From: Candidatus Nomurabacteria bacterium
Lineage (GTDB): Bacteria; Patescibacteriota; Minisyncoccia; Phycocordibacterales; UBA9973
Reading direction: 5' to 3'
Assembly: GCA_023267215.1 (NCBI GenBank)
Contig: JAHFNS010000001.1
Location: 174,710-238,709, forward strand
DNA length: 64,000 nucleotides
Shown here: one piece after another, positions 8,833 to 18,132 of the stretch
Numbering within the stretch: position 1 is the first letter of the stretch
Layout of the letters: the number at the start of each line of letters is the position of its first letter
Notes under the pieces: model-generated
What the model saw: only the letters and a program-made list of their open reading frames with translations
The model's database searches: none
Told to the model about the DNA's origin: nothing
Position numbers and translations under genes: made by a program

Positions 8833-9144
8833 TATATCTAAGATTTTTACTTTAAAGAATGGCTGACGGTGACCGTTTCTTTTGAGATAACGTGATTTTT
8901 GTTTATATTTGACAACCATAACTTTCCTAGTACGGCCGATTTGGACGAGCTCCGCTTCGACACTTGCCTCTTTTATATAAGGTGTACCGATAGTGGTATT
9001 TTTCCCATCATCAACTAAGAGGACTTTGTCAAAGGAAATCTTGTCTCCGACTTTGTATTCCCCCTTCATTTTCTCAACAGAAACAACGCTGTCTTTTGAG
9101 ACTTTATACTGCTTTCCACCTGTTTGTATAACTGCAAATTTCAT
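8827..9144 (-). CDS. rplU: 50S ribosomal protein L21
   Basis: 105 aa; MKFAVIQTGGKQYKV N-terminus characteristic of bL21. Confidence 0.9.
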   Translation of the reverse strand: MKFAVIQTGGKQYKVSKDSVVSVEKMKGEYKVGDKISFDKVLLVDDGKNTTIGTPYIKEASVEAELVQIGRTRKVMVVKYKQKSRYLKRNGHRQPFFKVKILDIK

Positions 9145-9206
9145 AAGATGTATATTATATTAATTTTCTTGAAAATGCAAGTCCAAGGTGTTATAATAAG
9201 CCTTAT

Positions 9207-10232
9207 ATGCAAACAAAAATTATTGAGAGATATTTTTTCTTTAGTTTATTATTAGCAACTCTCGCTTTTTCTCTTTTTATTTTTCGTCCATTTTGGATAG
9301 TGTTAGTGCTTTCTATCTCTTTTTCAATAGTCCTTTTTCCTATCTATAAATGGTTTAACAAAAAATTACCCAATTGGCTCTCAGCAGTTTTGACAGTATT
9401 GATTTTTGTCATTGCGATAATGATTTTGCTTTTTGGTATAGCGATAATTGTCTTGAATCAAAGTCAGAGTGTTTATAATCTTTTTATGAATGGAAATACT
9501 TTATCGACAATAGATTCTATAAACAATTCTATTATCAAGATATTACCTCAAGGACTATCTTTCAATCTATATGAAAAAATTTCAAACATAATCTCTTTTA
9601 TAACAAACAACGTGGCTAATCTTTTCACTACTACATTATCTACAGCCTTCGCTTTCTTCCTCACTTTTCTTTCGATGTTTTATTTTTTAAAAGACAATAT
9701 GTATTGGAAAAAAGCTATTAAGCTATTAAGTCCTCTTTCAGATAATGACGATGAAAAAATAATAAACAAACTTTCTATGGCGGTAAATGGAATTTTAAAA
9801 GGATATCTTTTATTAGCTTTTATTCAAGGATCTTTGGTCGGGATTGGTTTTGCTTTATTTGGCATACCAAACCCTGCACTTTGGGCATTGGTCGCTATGG
9901 TCACAGCTCTCGTACCTACCATAGGTAGTGGACTTGTCACAATACCAGCTATAATTTTTCTTTTAATAACTGAAAGCTATCTACCAGCACTGGGTCTCAC
10001 TATTTGGGGAGTAGCCATCGTTGGTACTATCGATAACATTTTAAATCCAGTTATCATTGGAAATAAAATAAATTTACATCCAATTTTAATTATGTTTTCT
10101 GCTTTAGGTGGTATATCTCTTTTTGGTCCGATTGGTATTTTGGTCGGACCATTGACAGTGAGCTTGCTCTATACCTTGATCTCTATATATAGAGATGAAT
10201 TTCGACAAAACCAAGTGACAGACAATTTGTAA
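9207..10232 (+). CDS. AI-2E family transporter (PerM/YdiK-like membrane protein)
   Basis: 341 aa; about 8 TM segments with the AI-2E/UPF0118 topology and a conserved C-terminal core. Confidence 0.75.
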   Translation: MQTKIIERYFFFSLLLATLAFSLFIFRPFWIVLVLSISFSIVLFPIYKWFNKKLPNWLSAVLTVLIFVIAIMILLFGIAIIVLNQSQSVYNLFMNGNTLSTIDSINNSIIKILPQGLSFNLYEKISNIISFITNNVANLFTTTLSTAFAFFLTFLSMFYFLKDNMYWKKAIKLLSPLSDNDDEKIINKLSMAVNGILKGYLLLAFIQGSLVGIGFALFGIPNPALWALVAMVTALVPTIGSGLVTIPAIIFLLITESYLPALGLTIWGVAIVGTIDNILNPVIIGNKINLHPILIMFSALGGISLFGPIGILVGPLTVSLLYTLISIYRDEFRQNQVTDNL

Positions 10233-10242
10233 TTTATTATAT

Positions 10243-11586
10243 ATGTCTCTAAAATTTTACAATACTTTAACTAAAGAAAAGGAAGAATTCGTACCGATTG
10301 ATAAAAAAAAGGTAAGTTTTTTTGTGTGTGGTCCTACCGTATATGATTACTCTCATTTAGGACATGGAAAAACATACACACAATTTGATGTTCTTGTTAG
10401 AGCTTTAAGATACTTTGGATATGAAGTTTTTTATCTACAGAATATTACAGATATAGATGATAAAATCATAAATCGTGCCAAAGAACAAAACATCTCTCCG
10501 AAGGAGCTATCAGAAAAATTCGAAAAAATTTATTTAGAAGACATGACAAGTTTAGGCAATACATCAATCAATAAATATGCAAGAGCTACTGATTATATTT
10601 CACAGATCATCAAACAGATTGAGACACTGATTGAAAAAGGCTATGCCTATAAAACAAGCGATGGTATTTATTTTGAAACAGCAAAATTTAAGAATTATGG
10701 AAAACTTTCCGGCCGAACAGAATTAAAAGAAGATGATGCCGTGTCTCGTATTGATGAATCAAAAGAAAAAAAGGGTTGGAATGATTTCTGTCTCTGGAAA
10801 GCGGAAAAAGAAGGCGAACCATCTTGGGATACACCTTTTGGTAAGGGACGTCCAGGTTGGCATATTGAAGATACTGCCATTACTGAAACTTTTTTCGGTC
10901 CACAATATGATATCCATGGAGGTGCAAGAGATCTAATTTTTCCTCATCACGAATGTGAAATTGCTCAAATGGAATCTGCTTCGGGTCGTTCTCCGCTTGT
11001 GAAATATTGGCTACACACTGGATTTCTGAATATAGATTCAAAAAGAATGGGTAAATCAAATGGTAATTTTAAGACACTTCGAACGATGATTGAGTTTGGT
11101 ATTTCCCCTATGTCTTTCCGTTTTTGGGTTTTAATGGCTCATTATCGTTCACCCATGAATTGGAACCAAGAAGCCTTAGAAGGCGCTGAAATAGCCCTAA
11201 AACGCTTATATAAGCTCTATATAGAGCTAGGTAAAGACTCTGGTGAAATAAGCACAAAATACCAGCAAAAGTTCAAAGAATACCTAGAAGACGACTTAGA
11301 TACACCGAGGGCAATTTCCCTACTTTGGGATGTGATAAAAGATGAGGACCTTTCTCCCGCCGATAAAAAAGCAACCATTCTTGATTTTGATAAAGTCTTT
11401 GGACTTGGTTTTGAAAATTTGAAAACAGAAAAAATTCCGGAAGAAATAATAAAAATTGCAGAAGAGCGCGAACTCGCTCGTAAAAATAAAGACTGGAAAA
11501 AATCTGACGAACTAAGAGATAAAATAATTTCCCTAGGATATGAAATAAAAGATTCTTCCGACGGCTACAAAATTTCTAAGATTTAA
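10243..11586 (+). CDS. cysS: Cysteinyl-tRNA synthetase
   Basis: 447 aa; CGPTVYDYSHLGHGKTY (HIGH) and KMGKS (KMSKS) motifs. Confidence 0.95.
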   Translation: MSLKFYNTLTKEKEEFVPIDKKKVSFFVCGPTVYDYSHLGHGKTYTQFDVLVRALRYFGYEVFYLQNITDIDDKIINRAKEQNISPKELSEKFEKIYLEDMTSLGNTSINKYARATDYISQIIKQIETLIEKGYAYKTSDGIYFETAKFKNYGKLSGRTELKEDDAVSRIDESKEKKGWNDFCLWKAEKEGEPSWDTPFGKGRPGWHIEDTAITETFFGPQYDIHGGARDLIFPHHECEIAQMESASGRSPLVKYWLHTGFLNIDSKRMGKSNGNFKTLRTMIEFGISPMSFRFWVLMAHYRSPMNWNQEALEGAEIALKRLYKLYIELGKDSGEISTKYQQKFKEYLEDDLDTPRAISLLWDVIKDEDLSPADKKATILDFDKVFGLGFENLKTEKIPEEIIKIAEERELARKNKDWKKSDELRDKIISLGYEIKDSSDGYKISKI

Positions 11587-12560
11587 TTATCCCAATTAAA
11601 ATTTCTACCAAAATGTCCCCATTTGGAAGTTTCAGCAAAATTTACATTTTCTAAATCTAAAAAATTTTTTATACCTTTAGGAGTCAAATTATATTCTGTT
11701 TGTGTATTTATTTTTATTTCCACACCATCTAAAATTGCTACAGCCATCACTGGCTCTGGTTTACCAATAGCATAAGCAAGTTTTACAAATACTTCTTTAG
11801 CTTTACCACTTTTTATAAAATCTACTGCTATCTTCCGAGCGATGTATGCTCCACTTCTATCTACTTTCGTATAATCTTTTCCAGAAAAAGAACCACCACC
11901 AATAGGAATTTCTGGTCCATAATTATCAATCACTAACTTCCTACCAGACAAACCTGTATCCGCATCAAAACCACCTTGAATCCATTCACCTGCAGGATTG
12001 ATTAAATACTGTGCCCCGTCGCTCGAGAGCGACTGGGGTTTTTTTGTTTCTATTATATTTTTTACTAATGGTAATAACTCTTCATTTTTTGTATTTTGGA
12101 AACTCACCACAACTGTCTCCACTTCACCATTATTTAATGTCACTTGTACTTTTCCATCATAGGGATATTTTTCAAAAACCCTCTCACATAAATCTCTTGC
12201 AAGTTCATACTCAGGTGGCATCATACTTTCCGTATCACTCGTCGCATATCCTTTCATTATTCCTTGGTCTCCTGCTCCACCTATATCTACTCCGAGTGCA
12301 ATACTAGGACTTTGTTTTGATAAATTAATTATTATTTTAAAATCTTCTCCGACTATTTCTTTTACTATTTTTTCTAATAGAGGAGACGCATGGCTCGTCA
12401 CTTCACCATTGATAGTTATCAACTTATGTCCACCCATCACTTCCACAGCCACTCGGCTATTTTTGTCTTCCGCCAAATAAGCATCTAAAATAGAATCAGC
12501 AATAAAATCACAGATTTTATCAGGGTGTTTAGGGCTCACAAATTCGGCTGTTTTTATCAT
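11583..12560 (-). CDS. metK: S-adenosylmethionine synthetase (short form)
   Basis: 325 aa; SPKHPDKICDFIADSILDA (GHPDK motif), INPAGEWIQGGFDADTGLSGRKLVIDNYG and GGGSFSGKDYTKVDRSGAY conserved MetK blocks; contains a GC-rich in-frame hairpin at 12014..12038. Confidence 0.8.
   Translation of the reverse strand: MIKTAEFVSPKHPDKICDFIADSILDAYLAEDKNSRVAVEVMGGHKLITINGEVTSHASPLLEKIVKEIVGEDFKIIINLSKQSPSIALGVDIGGAGDQGIMKGYATSDTESMMPPEYELARDLCERVFEKYPYDGKVQVTLNNGEVETVVVSFQNTKNEELLPLVKNIIETKKPQSLSSDGAQYLINPAGEWIQGGFDADTGLSGRKLVIDNYGPEIPIGGGSFSGKDYTKVDRSGAYIARKIAVDFIKSGKAKEVFVKLAYAIGKPEPVMAVAILDGVEIKINTQTEYNLTPKGIKNFLDLENVNFAETSKWGHFGRNFNWDN
12014..12038. repeat. GC-rich hairpin CCCCGTCGCTC-GAG-AGCGACTGGGG inside metK, in frame
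   Basis: Near-perfect 11-bp inverted repeat encoding KPQSLSSDGA in a variable MetK loop. Confidence 0.5.
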
Positions 12561-12621
12561 AAGTAAATCTAGTATAACAATAATTTTGCAAAATATGCAA
12601 TAATTTAGTAATCTTATAACT

Positions 12622-13515
12622 ATGATAGATAAAATAATAAATACGAAAAATATAAATGGATCTGAAGTAATATTATTAAGCGCTCCTTATGAAGGAAGTG
12701 TATCTTTTATGACAGGAACAACAAAAGCACCTCAAAAAATAATCGACTGCTTGGATAATTCTTTAGAACTTTTTGATACAGAATTACTTTGTGAACCAGG
12801 TAATAATATAAAAACTGCACATAAAAAAATTACTGGATTAGAAAAACTTAATTCAGAAAAAGCTGTTAAAAAAATAAAATCAGAATATTTAAACTTATTT
12901 AGTAATAAAAAATTTATAATTATTCTAGGAGGAGAACACACTGTATCTTTAGGGGCATTTGAATCAATTTCTAAAAAAGAAAATCCAAAAGATATAACTA
13001 TATTACAAATAGATGCTCATCAAGATTTGCGAAATGATAATAGCGATTATAGTAATGAAAAAAATAAATATGCTCATTCTTGTGTGATGCGTAGAGCTCA
13101 TGAACTTGGTTTTAATTTAGTACAAGTCGGCATTCGTACTTTTTCTAAATATGAATATGAATACACAGAAAAAAATAAAAAAACTATTACAGTTTTCCCT
13201 TGGAATAAAAACAATAAAATCCCAAAAATTGAAAATATTATAAAATCTATCAAAACCAAAAACGTATATTTATCACTTGATGTAGATGGCATAGATCCAA
13301 GTTTCATGCCTGGTACTGGTACTCCAGTTCAAGGAGGACTCGATTGGAATTACACACTTAATTTAATAGAAAAATTATTTGAGAAAAAAAATATAATAGG
13401 CGCAGATATTGTGGAAGTTTCTCCACAAAGAGATTCTGTACTTACAGAATTTGGGGCAGCTTTATTGTGTTATAAAATAATGACTTACAAATTTAAACAA
13501 AAATTACTTTCTTAA
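12622..13515 (+). CDS. speB: Agmatinase/arginase-family ureohydrolase
   Basis: 297 aa; GGEHTVS, DAHQDL and SLDVDGIDPSFMPGTGTP metal-binding signature motifs. Confidence 0.8.
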   Translation: MIDKIINTKNINGSEVILLSAPYEGSVSFMTGTTKAPQKIIDCLDNSLELFDTELLCEPGNNIKTAHKKITGLEKLNSEKAVKKIKSEYLNLFSNKKFIIILGGEHTVSLGAFESISKKENPKDITILQIDAHQDLRNDNSDYSNEKNKYAHSCVMRRAHELGFNLVQVGIRTFSKYEYEYTEKNKKTITVFPWNKNNKIPKIENIIKSIKTKNVYLSLDVDGIDPSFMPGTGTPVQGGLDWNYTLNLIEKLFEKKNIIGADIVEVSPQRDSVLTEFGAALLCYKIMTYKFKQKLLS

Positions 13516-14083
13516 AAATTTTTTTATGTAGAATAGCAAAACTAATTATCGCATTAATTAATATAAAATAAATACCTAAAGAATATATAGAAAAAGTCCA
13601 ATCTTTTATAATTAGCAACCCTATTATATTGTTAACAATTCCTAACATGTAAAGACCCGCATTTTCTGTTTCGGGGAACTTCCAAGATTTTACAATAGTA
13701 GGAACAGCAGCTAATCCATCACTTAAAATCACAAAAAGAATTGATATTTCTAAACTATGAGTAAATACATAAAGCACTAATGCTAATAAAGAAAGAATTC
13801 CACAAATTAAATCAAAAAGTGTAATCTTCCAATAACCATTTCTCAAAATCAAAGAATAAATAATAACCAAAAGAGGACAAAAACCTGATGCAAATACCGG
13901 AAATACAGAAAAACCCGCTCCAGCTTTAAGCTGAAAATATACTCCCAAAAATGGTGCTAACATCCAAATGAACCAAGAAACTAGGTTTGGCTTAGCATGT
14001 CCTAAATACATGCTCCTTAAATAAAGAAAATCTCCTATTAAACTTATTACAACCGCTATAATAATTATTTTTTCTGACAACAT
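13493..14083 (-). CDS. Hypothetical polytopic membrane protein
   Basis: 196 aa with about 6 hydrophobic segments; no other motif. Confidence 0.5.
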   Translation of the reverse strand: MLSEKIIIIAVVISLIGDFLYLRSMYLGHAKPNLVSWFIWMLAPFLGVYFQLKAGAGFSVFPVFASGFCPLLVIIYSLILRNGYWKITLFDLICGILSLLALVLYVFTHSLEISILFVILSDGLAAVPTIVKSWKFPETENAGLYMLGIVNNIIGLLIIKDWTFSIYSLGIYFILINAIISFAILHKKIFKKVIFV

Positions 14084-14085
14084 AA

Positions 14086-14123
14086 ATGTGGATAACTGCC
14101 CCTAAGCTGGGCTTAGGGGCACT
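14086..14123. repeat. DnaA-box-like TGTGGATAA followed by palindrome GCCCCTAAGC-TGG-GCTTAGGGGC (member of the CCTAAGC palindrome family)
   Basis: Perfect 10-bp stem; near-identical copy at 41006..41044 with an inverted loop; sits at the 3' end of Cys-rich paralog 1. Confidence 0.6.
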
Positions 14124-15834
14124 AATATATTTCTTGCTGATAACATCGTTCACAATAAACAATCTCTGATCTATCCGGTGCATATGTCGTTTCAAATTCA
14201 TTTTGACAACCTTCTTTCATACATTTTCTGTGCCAAAGTTTTAAAGGATTTCTCAAATTGATACGTTGATAATGTCGGCAGTTTGGACAAAGTCTCGGTA
14301 AAGGCAAATTCATTCTTTTGTAAAATTTTAATTCCTCTGGAAAAATTCTAAATGCTTCTGTGCATTGTTCTTTGCATTTACCAGCATGCTCACAAGCTAT
14401 AACTTTATTTATTATGTCATCTGTAATATCTTTAATACCATCTGGTATATCCGTGCATTCTATATCAATCTTATAATTTCTAATTTCTGCATCTTCCCAA
14501 TTATAACCTTTCTCAATTGCTTCTCTTTTGTCTAACGGAAAATATTCCTGAGCAATACTTTCATTATAAGCAAAAGGTGAAAGCTCGCTCGGGAAAAATT
14601 CTCCATATTTATATGTTCTTCCTTTTTTATCTACATATGGCATATCGTCCATATGTTTGATAATTTTAGGAATTAAATCTTCATACTCTTCTTTTGTGTA
14701 CTGTTTATTTAAAATACAGTATTGTTTTTTATATAGACCCTCACAACCAAAGATATTTAAACAATCATGACATTCTTCATTGTATCTTGAATCTTGATTT
14801 GAAAAATTTCTAATACCAAAAGCCCCGTTTGATCCACCAAAACCATGAGCAATCTCATAGAGAAGTTCCGCATTAAAGCCTTGAAATGAAGTATCATAAC
14901 TATCTTTGGTATTATTTCTGCTAAAAAATAGATACTTCGAATTTTCAGCTTGTCTAGAACTAAAAGAATTGTGGGTATTTCTAACTTCATATAAATCATC
15001 CCCATTAGAATTAATAGATTTGTATATATGGGCGTAGCGATGTGGTATTTTTAAATTGAGTTTTTTTAATTTTTCTAAATTATCAAGATGTATTTTATAA
15101 CTACCAATATTATTTGATTTAATAAATTCTTGATATTTTTCCTTTGTGTATTGCTGATTGAAAATATTATATTGTTTATTTACAAGTCCAACACAACCAA
15201 AACAATTCATACAATTTCTACAATCTAACAAATAATAACTATCAATACAATCTGTACAGTTATAACTAAAAAATAAAAGATTTGTTCGTGCGCATTCAAA
15301 AAGTTCATAACTAAATTGTATTTTTTCTGAAAAAGCTATATCTAAAGAATCTTGAGAATCAAAAATTTGATTACTAAAATAAACTCGTTCATTATTTATT
15401 CCACCAAATAAAAGATAGCATTCTTTAAGATCAAGACCATAATTACAATATTCGCTTGAAACAAAATTAGTCTGATATAAATTAGATCTTGGAACTTCTA
15501 ATTGTAATAATTGAAATTGACTAAAAAATGGAACAGAAAAATCATACTCACGACCATAATCTAATGGATTCCATTCATCAGAAAGCCAACAATCATGACA
15601 ATAAATTATATATAGTCTTTTTTTGCTATAAACACTAAGTATAGATTTTTTACATATAACACACTCATGTCTATAAAATACACGATTATTGCGAAATAAT
15701 AACCTTTTTTGAAATCGACAGTCCGGACAAAATGTTGGAGCTGGAACTTTTATTTTTTCGTAGAATTTAAAATCTTCGGGCTCTATAATGAAATCCTTCT
15801 TACAGTTTTGACAATTTTTTGTTTCAGAATTCAT
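14122..15834 (-). CDS. Cysteine-rich repeat protein, paralog 1 of 7 (uncharacterised family)
   Basis: 570 aa; N-terminal CQNCKKDFIIEPEDFKFYEKIKVPAPTFCPDCR; internal CxxCxxCFGCxxL modules followed by KxYCILNKQYTKEEY; PYVDKKGRTYKYGEFFPSELSPFAYNE block; C-terminal LCPNCRHYQRINLRNPLKLWHRKCMKEGCQNEFETTYAPDRSEIVYCERCY. Confidence 0.8.
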   Translation of the reverse strand: MNSETKNCQNCKKDFIIEPEDFKFYEKIKVPAPTFCPDCRFQKRLLFRNNRVFYRHECVICKKSILSVYSKKRLYIIYCHDCWLSDEWNPLDYGREYDFSVPFFSQFQLLQLEVPRSNLYQTNFVSSEYCNYGLDLKECYLLFGGINNERVYFSNQIFDSQDSLDIAFSEKIQFSYELFECARTNLLFFSYNCTDCIDSYYLLDCRNCMNCFGCVGLVNKQYNIFNQQYTKEKYQEFIKSNNIGSYKIHLDNLEKLKKLNLKIPHRYAHIYKSINSNGDDLYEVRNTHNSFSSRQAENSKYLFFSRNNTKDSYDTSFQGFNAELLYEIAHGFGGSNGAFGIRNFSNQDSRYNEECHDCLNIFGCEGLYKKQYCILNKQYTKEEYEDLIPKIIKHMDDMPYVDKKGRTYKYGEFFPSELSPFAYNESIAQEYFPLDKREAIEKGYNWEDAEIRNYKIDIECTDIPDGIKDITDDIINKVIACEHAGKCKEQCTEAFRIFPEELKFYKRMNLPLPRLCPNCRHYQRINLRNPLKLWHRKCMKEGCQNEFETTYAPDRSEIVYCERCYQQEIY

Positions 15835-15851
15835 GATTTATCTATTCTATA

Positions 15852-15874
15852 ATTCTATAGAATATTAGAATACT
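15852..15874. promoter_or_regulatory. Conserved upstream motif ATTCTATAGAAT-A-TTAGAATAC ahead of Cys-rich paralog 1
   Basis: Perfect 12-bp palindrome; the same motif recurs upstream of paralog 3 at 22208..22232. Confidence 0.4.
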
Positions 15875-16534
15875 TTAAATCCCCTCTTTTTTAAGTTCTT
15901 CTAGAAGTTCGCGGGCTTTTTTGGAAATTTTGTTTGGTATTCTAAAATTTATTTTTATATATAAATCACCTGCTTTTCCGTTTTTTATTGCCTCACCATA
16001 ACCTGTCATTTTGATAGTCTGTTTATTGTGAATACCAGCAGAAATTTTTATAATTACTTCTTTGTTTCCACTTACTACTATCTTTTTCTCTACACCTAAA
16101 ATAGAATCAATTAAAGAAATATATATATCCATCTGCATATCTCTTCCACGAGGAGTCCGCGTAAACCCCCCTCTACCTCCAGTGAAAAAATCACTGAATA
16201 TATCATTCAAATTTCCAAAATCAAAATCTACATTCCCACCTTGGAAACCTCCACCGAAACCAGAAAAATCAAAACCTTCAAAACCACCTTGTCTAGCTCC
16301 TCCATAACCACCTGCACCCATATTTTCAAAACCAGAGCCAAATTGGTCGTATTTTGCGCGTTTAGTGTCATCTGAAAGCACTTGGTAAGCTTCATTTACT
16401 TCTTTAAATTTTGCTTCATTCCCTTCTTTTTTGTCAGGATGATATTTGTGCGCCAACTTATAAAAAGCCTTCTTTATTTCGTCTTTGGAAGCACCTTTAT
16501 TTATACCTAAAACTTCATAATAATCCTTACTCAT
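15875..16534 (-). CDS. dnaJ: DnaJ-family co-chaperone: J domain, G/F region and short C-terminal domain, lacking the CxxCxGxG zinc finger
   Basis: 219 aa; [35 protein letters not shown] with the HPD motif; Gly/Phe-rich linker; no Cys repeats. Confidence 0.8.
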   Translation of the reverse strand: MSKDYYEVLGINKGASKDEIKKAFYKLAHKYHPDKKEGNEAKFKEVNEAYQVLSDDTKRAKYDQFGSGFENMGAGGYGGARQGGFEGFDFSGFGGGFQGGNVDFDFGNLNDIFSDFFTGGRGGFTRTPRGRDMQMDIYISLIDSILGVEKKIVVSGNKEVIIKISAGIHNKQTIKMTGYGEAIKNGKAGDLYIKINFRIPNKISKKARELLEELKKEGI

Positions 16535-16541
16535 AGGGCTA

Positions 16542-18038
16542 TTATATCATAGGTTCAGCTTCTACTGAAGTCTTGTTTTTTGTTCCAATCTCTGATGAAC
16601 TTTCTTCATTTTCTTCTCCTTCTTCTTTCTTTTTTCCCTTTCCTTCAATTATAGCTTTCTCTTCCGCACTTCGGATAATCGTCGCTTCTTCTTCAGCAAT
16701 TAATCTTGCAGCATCATCTTTCGAAATTGAATATTTTTCTCGAGAAGAAGCAATTATTTCTTCTCTACAAGAACGATGAGTGGGAGGCAAAACTCGTAAA
16801 GTTTCTGCTGAAAATGGATCGTAAGATTCTCCATCGATAGTCATCTTAACGAAAATTTCTCCGACAGCAAGATTGATCATATCTTTTACAGCAAATATCG
16901 GATCAAATTCTGGCTTCATTTTTACCGCATCTTCACCACCAACACGAAAAGTAATGAGACTACCACAATTACCGAGCACAGCTTGATGAACTTTCGGAAT
17001 AATTTGTCCGACATATTGATGCGCAATGGTTAAATTCAATCCGTATTTTCTAGCCTCTGATAAAATATTTTCAAAAGTTTGCGTAACAACATTTTGGAAC
17101 TCATCTACATATAGGTAAAAGTCTTTACGATCTCGCTCTGGTATGGCAGCTCGCTCCATTCCTGCTTGTTTTATTTTCGTCAAAAACATTGAACCCAAAA
17201 AGGAAGAGTTCTCTTCTCCCAAACGTCCTTTTGATAAATTAATAAGAATAATTTTTTCTTCATTCATTAATTTACTTATATCTATTTTATTTTGCTTCTG
17301 TCCAAAAATATTTCGGAGTAATGGATCAGAAAGAAACTGCCCGAGTTTGTTGACGAGTGGGATGATAGCGTCTGTATCAAATTTTTCAGACCAATCGGCA
17401 AATTCGATAGCGAAGAATCTTTTGACCATGTCGTCTGTAATATACTCGACAACTTTTTGTCTATAATTTCTATCAGTCAACATTGAGATCATTCCACGCA
17501 TCGTGGCATGAGGATAGTCTAAAAGCGCCAAACAAGTAAAACGAAAAACGTGCTCCAAACGTGGAGTCCAGTTTGCACCGAATTGTTTCTGAAAAACTTC
17601 GATCAAACCTTGAGTAAGTTGAAACTTAAAAGTTGGTTCAACATTTGCGAGCGGATTAAAGGACGCTGGAAAATCAACATCTGCTGGATCAATAATACAA
17701 ACATCCGCTACTCTTTCCTTAGGAATATAATCAAGTATTGCATCAATAACATCTCCGTGTGGGTCGATCAAACATAAACCATGTTTGTAAGTAATATCTT
17801 GCCGTAAAAAAAGTTCCAATAATTTTGTTTTTCCGACACCTGACTTTCCAATAATATATAAGTGTCTTCTTCTGTCTATTCGTTTAATACCAAAAATAAA
17901 TTTCTTCTCTTCTAAAGAAGCAACATAATTTGTACGTCCAAAAAAAGAAACCTCTTCCGGGTCAACCTTTCCAAAAACAGGAAGCTCTGGTGGTGGTGGA
18001 GCGTATTTGATTATTTGCACTCGATTTGGCTTCGGCAT
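16542..18038 (-). CDS. P-loop ATPase of the FtsK/HerA/VirD4 (TraD/TraG-like, 'T4SS DNA-binding domain') superfamily, paralog A
   Basis: 498 aa; Walker [11 protein letters not shown], Walker [14 protein letters not shown] motif; soluble (no TM segment); acidic/Lys-rich C-terminal tail. Confidence 0.75.
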   Translation of the reverse strand: MPKPNRVQIIKYAPPPPELPVFGKVDPEEVSFFGRTNYVASLEEKKFIFGIKRIDRRRHLYIIGKSGVGKTKLLELFLRQDITYKHGLCLIDPHGDVIDAILDYIPKERVADVCIIDPADVDFPASFNPLANVEPTFKFQLTQGLIEVFQKQFGANWTPRLEHVFRFTCLALLDYPHATMRGMISMLTDRNYRQKVVEYITDDMVKRFFAIEFADWSEKFDTDAIIPLVNKLGQFLSDPLLRNIFGQKQNKIDISKLMNEEKIILINLSKGRLGEENSSFLGSMFLTKIKQAGMERAAIPERDRKDFYLYVDEFQNVVTQTFENILSEARKYGLNLTIAHQYVGQIIPKVHQAVLGNCGSLITFRVGGEDAVKMKPEFDPIFAVKDMINLAVGEIFVKMTIDGESYDPFSAETLRVLPPTHRSCREEIIASSREKYSISKDDAARLIAEEEATIIRSAEEKAIIEGKGKKKEEGEENEESSSEIGTKNKTSVEAEPMI

Positions 18039-18057
18039 ATTTGATTATTCTAGCATA

Positions 18058-18130
18058 AATCACCACCCCTTTCATCCCCTAGCCCATATTCACCTCACCC
18101 CTGCCCCTCTCCTTAGTGAAATAGAGGGGT
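18058..18130. repeat. GC-rich palindromic element, family 1 (CACCTCACCCCTGCCCCTCTCCTT...AGAGGGG), intergenic copy
   Basis: GC island in an AT-rich spacer between ATPase A and Cys-rich paralog 2; shares the CCCCTCTCCTT arm with the copies at 22441 and 26504. Confidence 0.6.
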
Positions 18131-18132
18131 TT

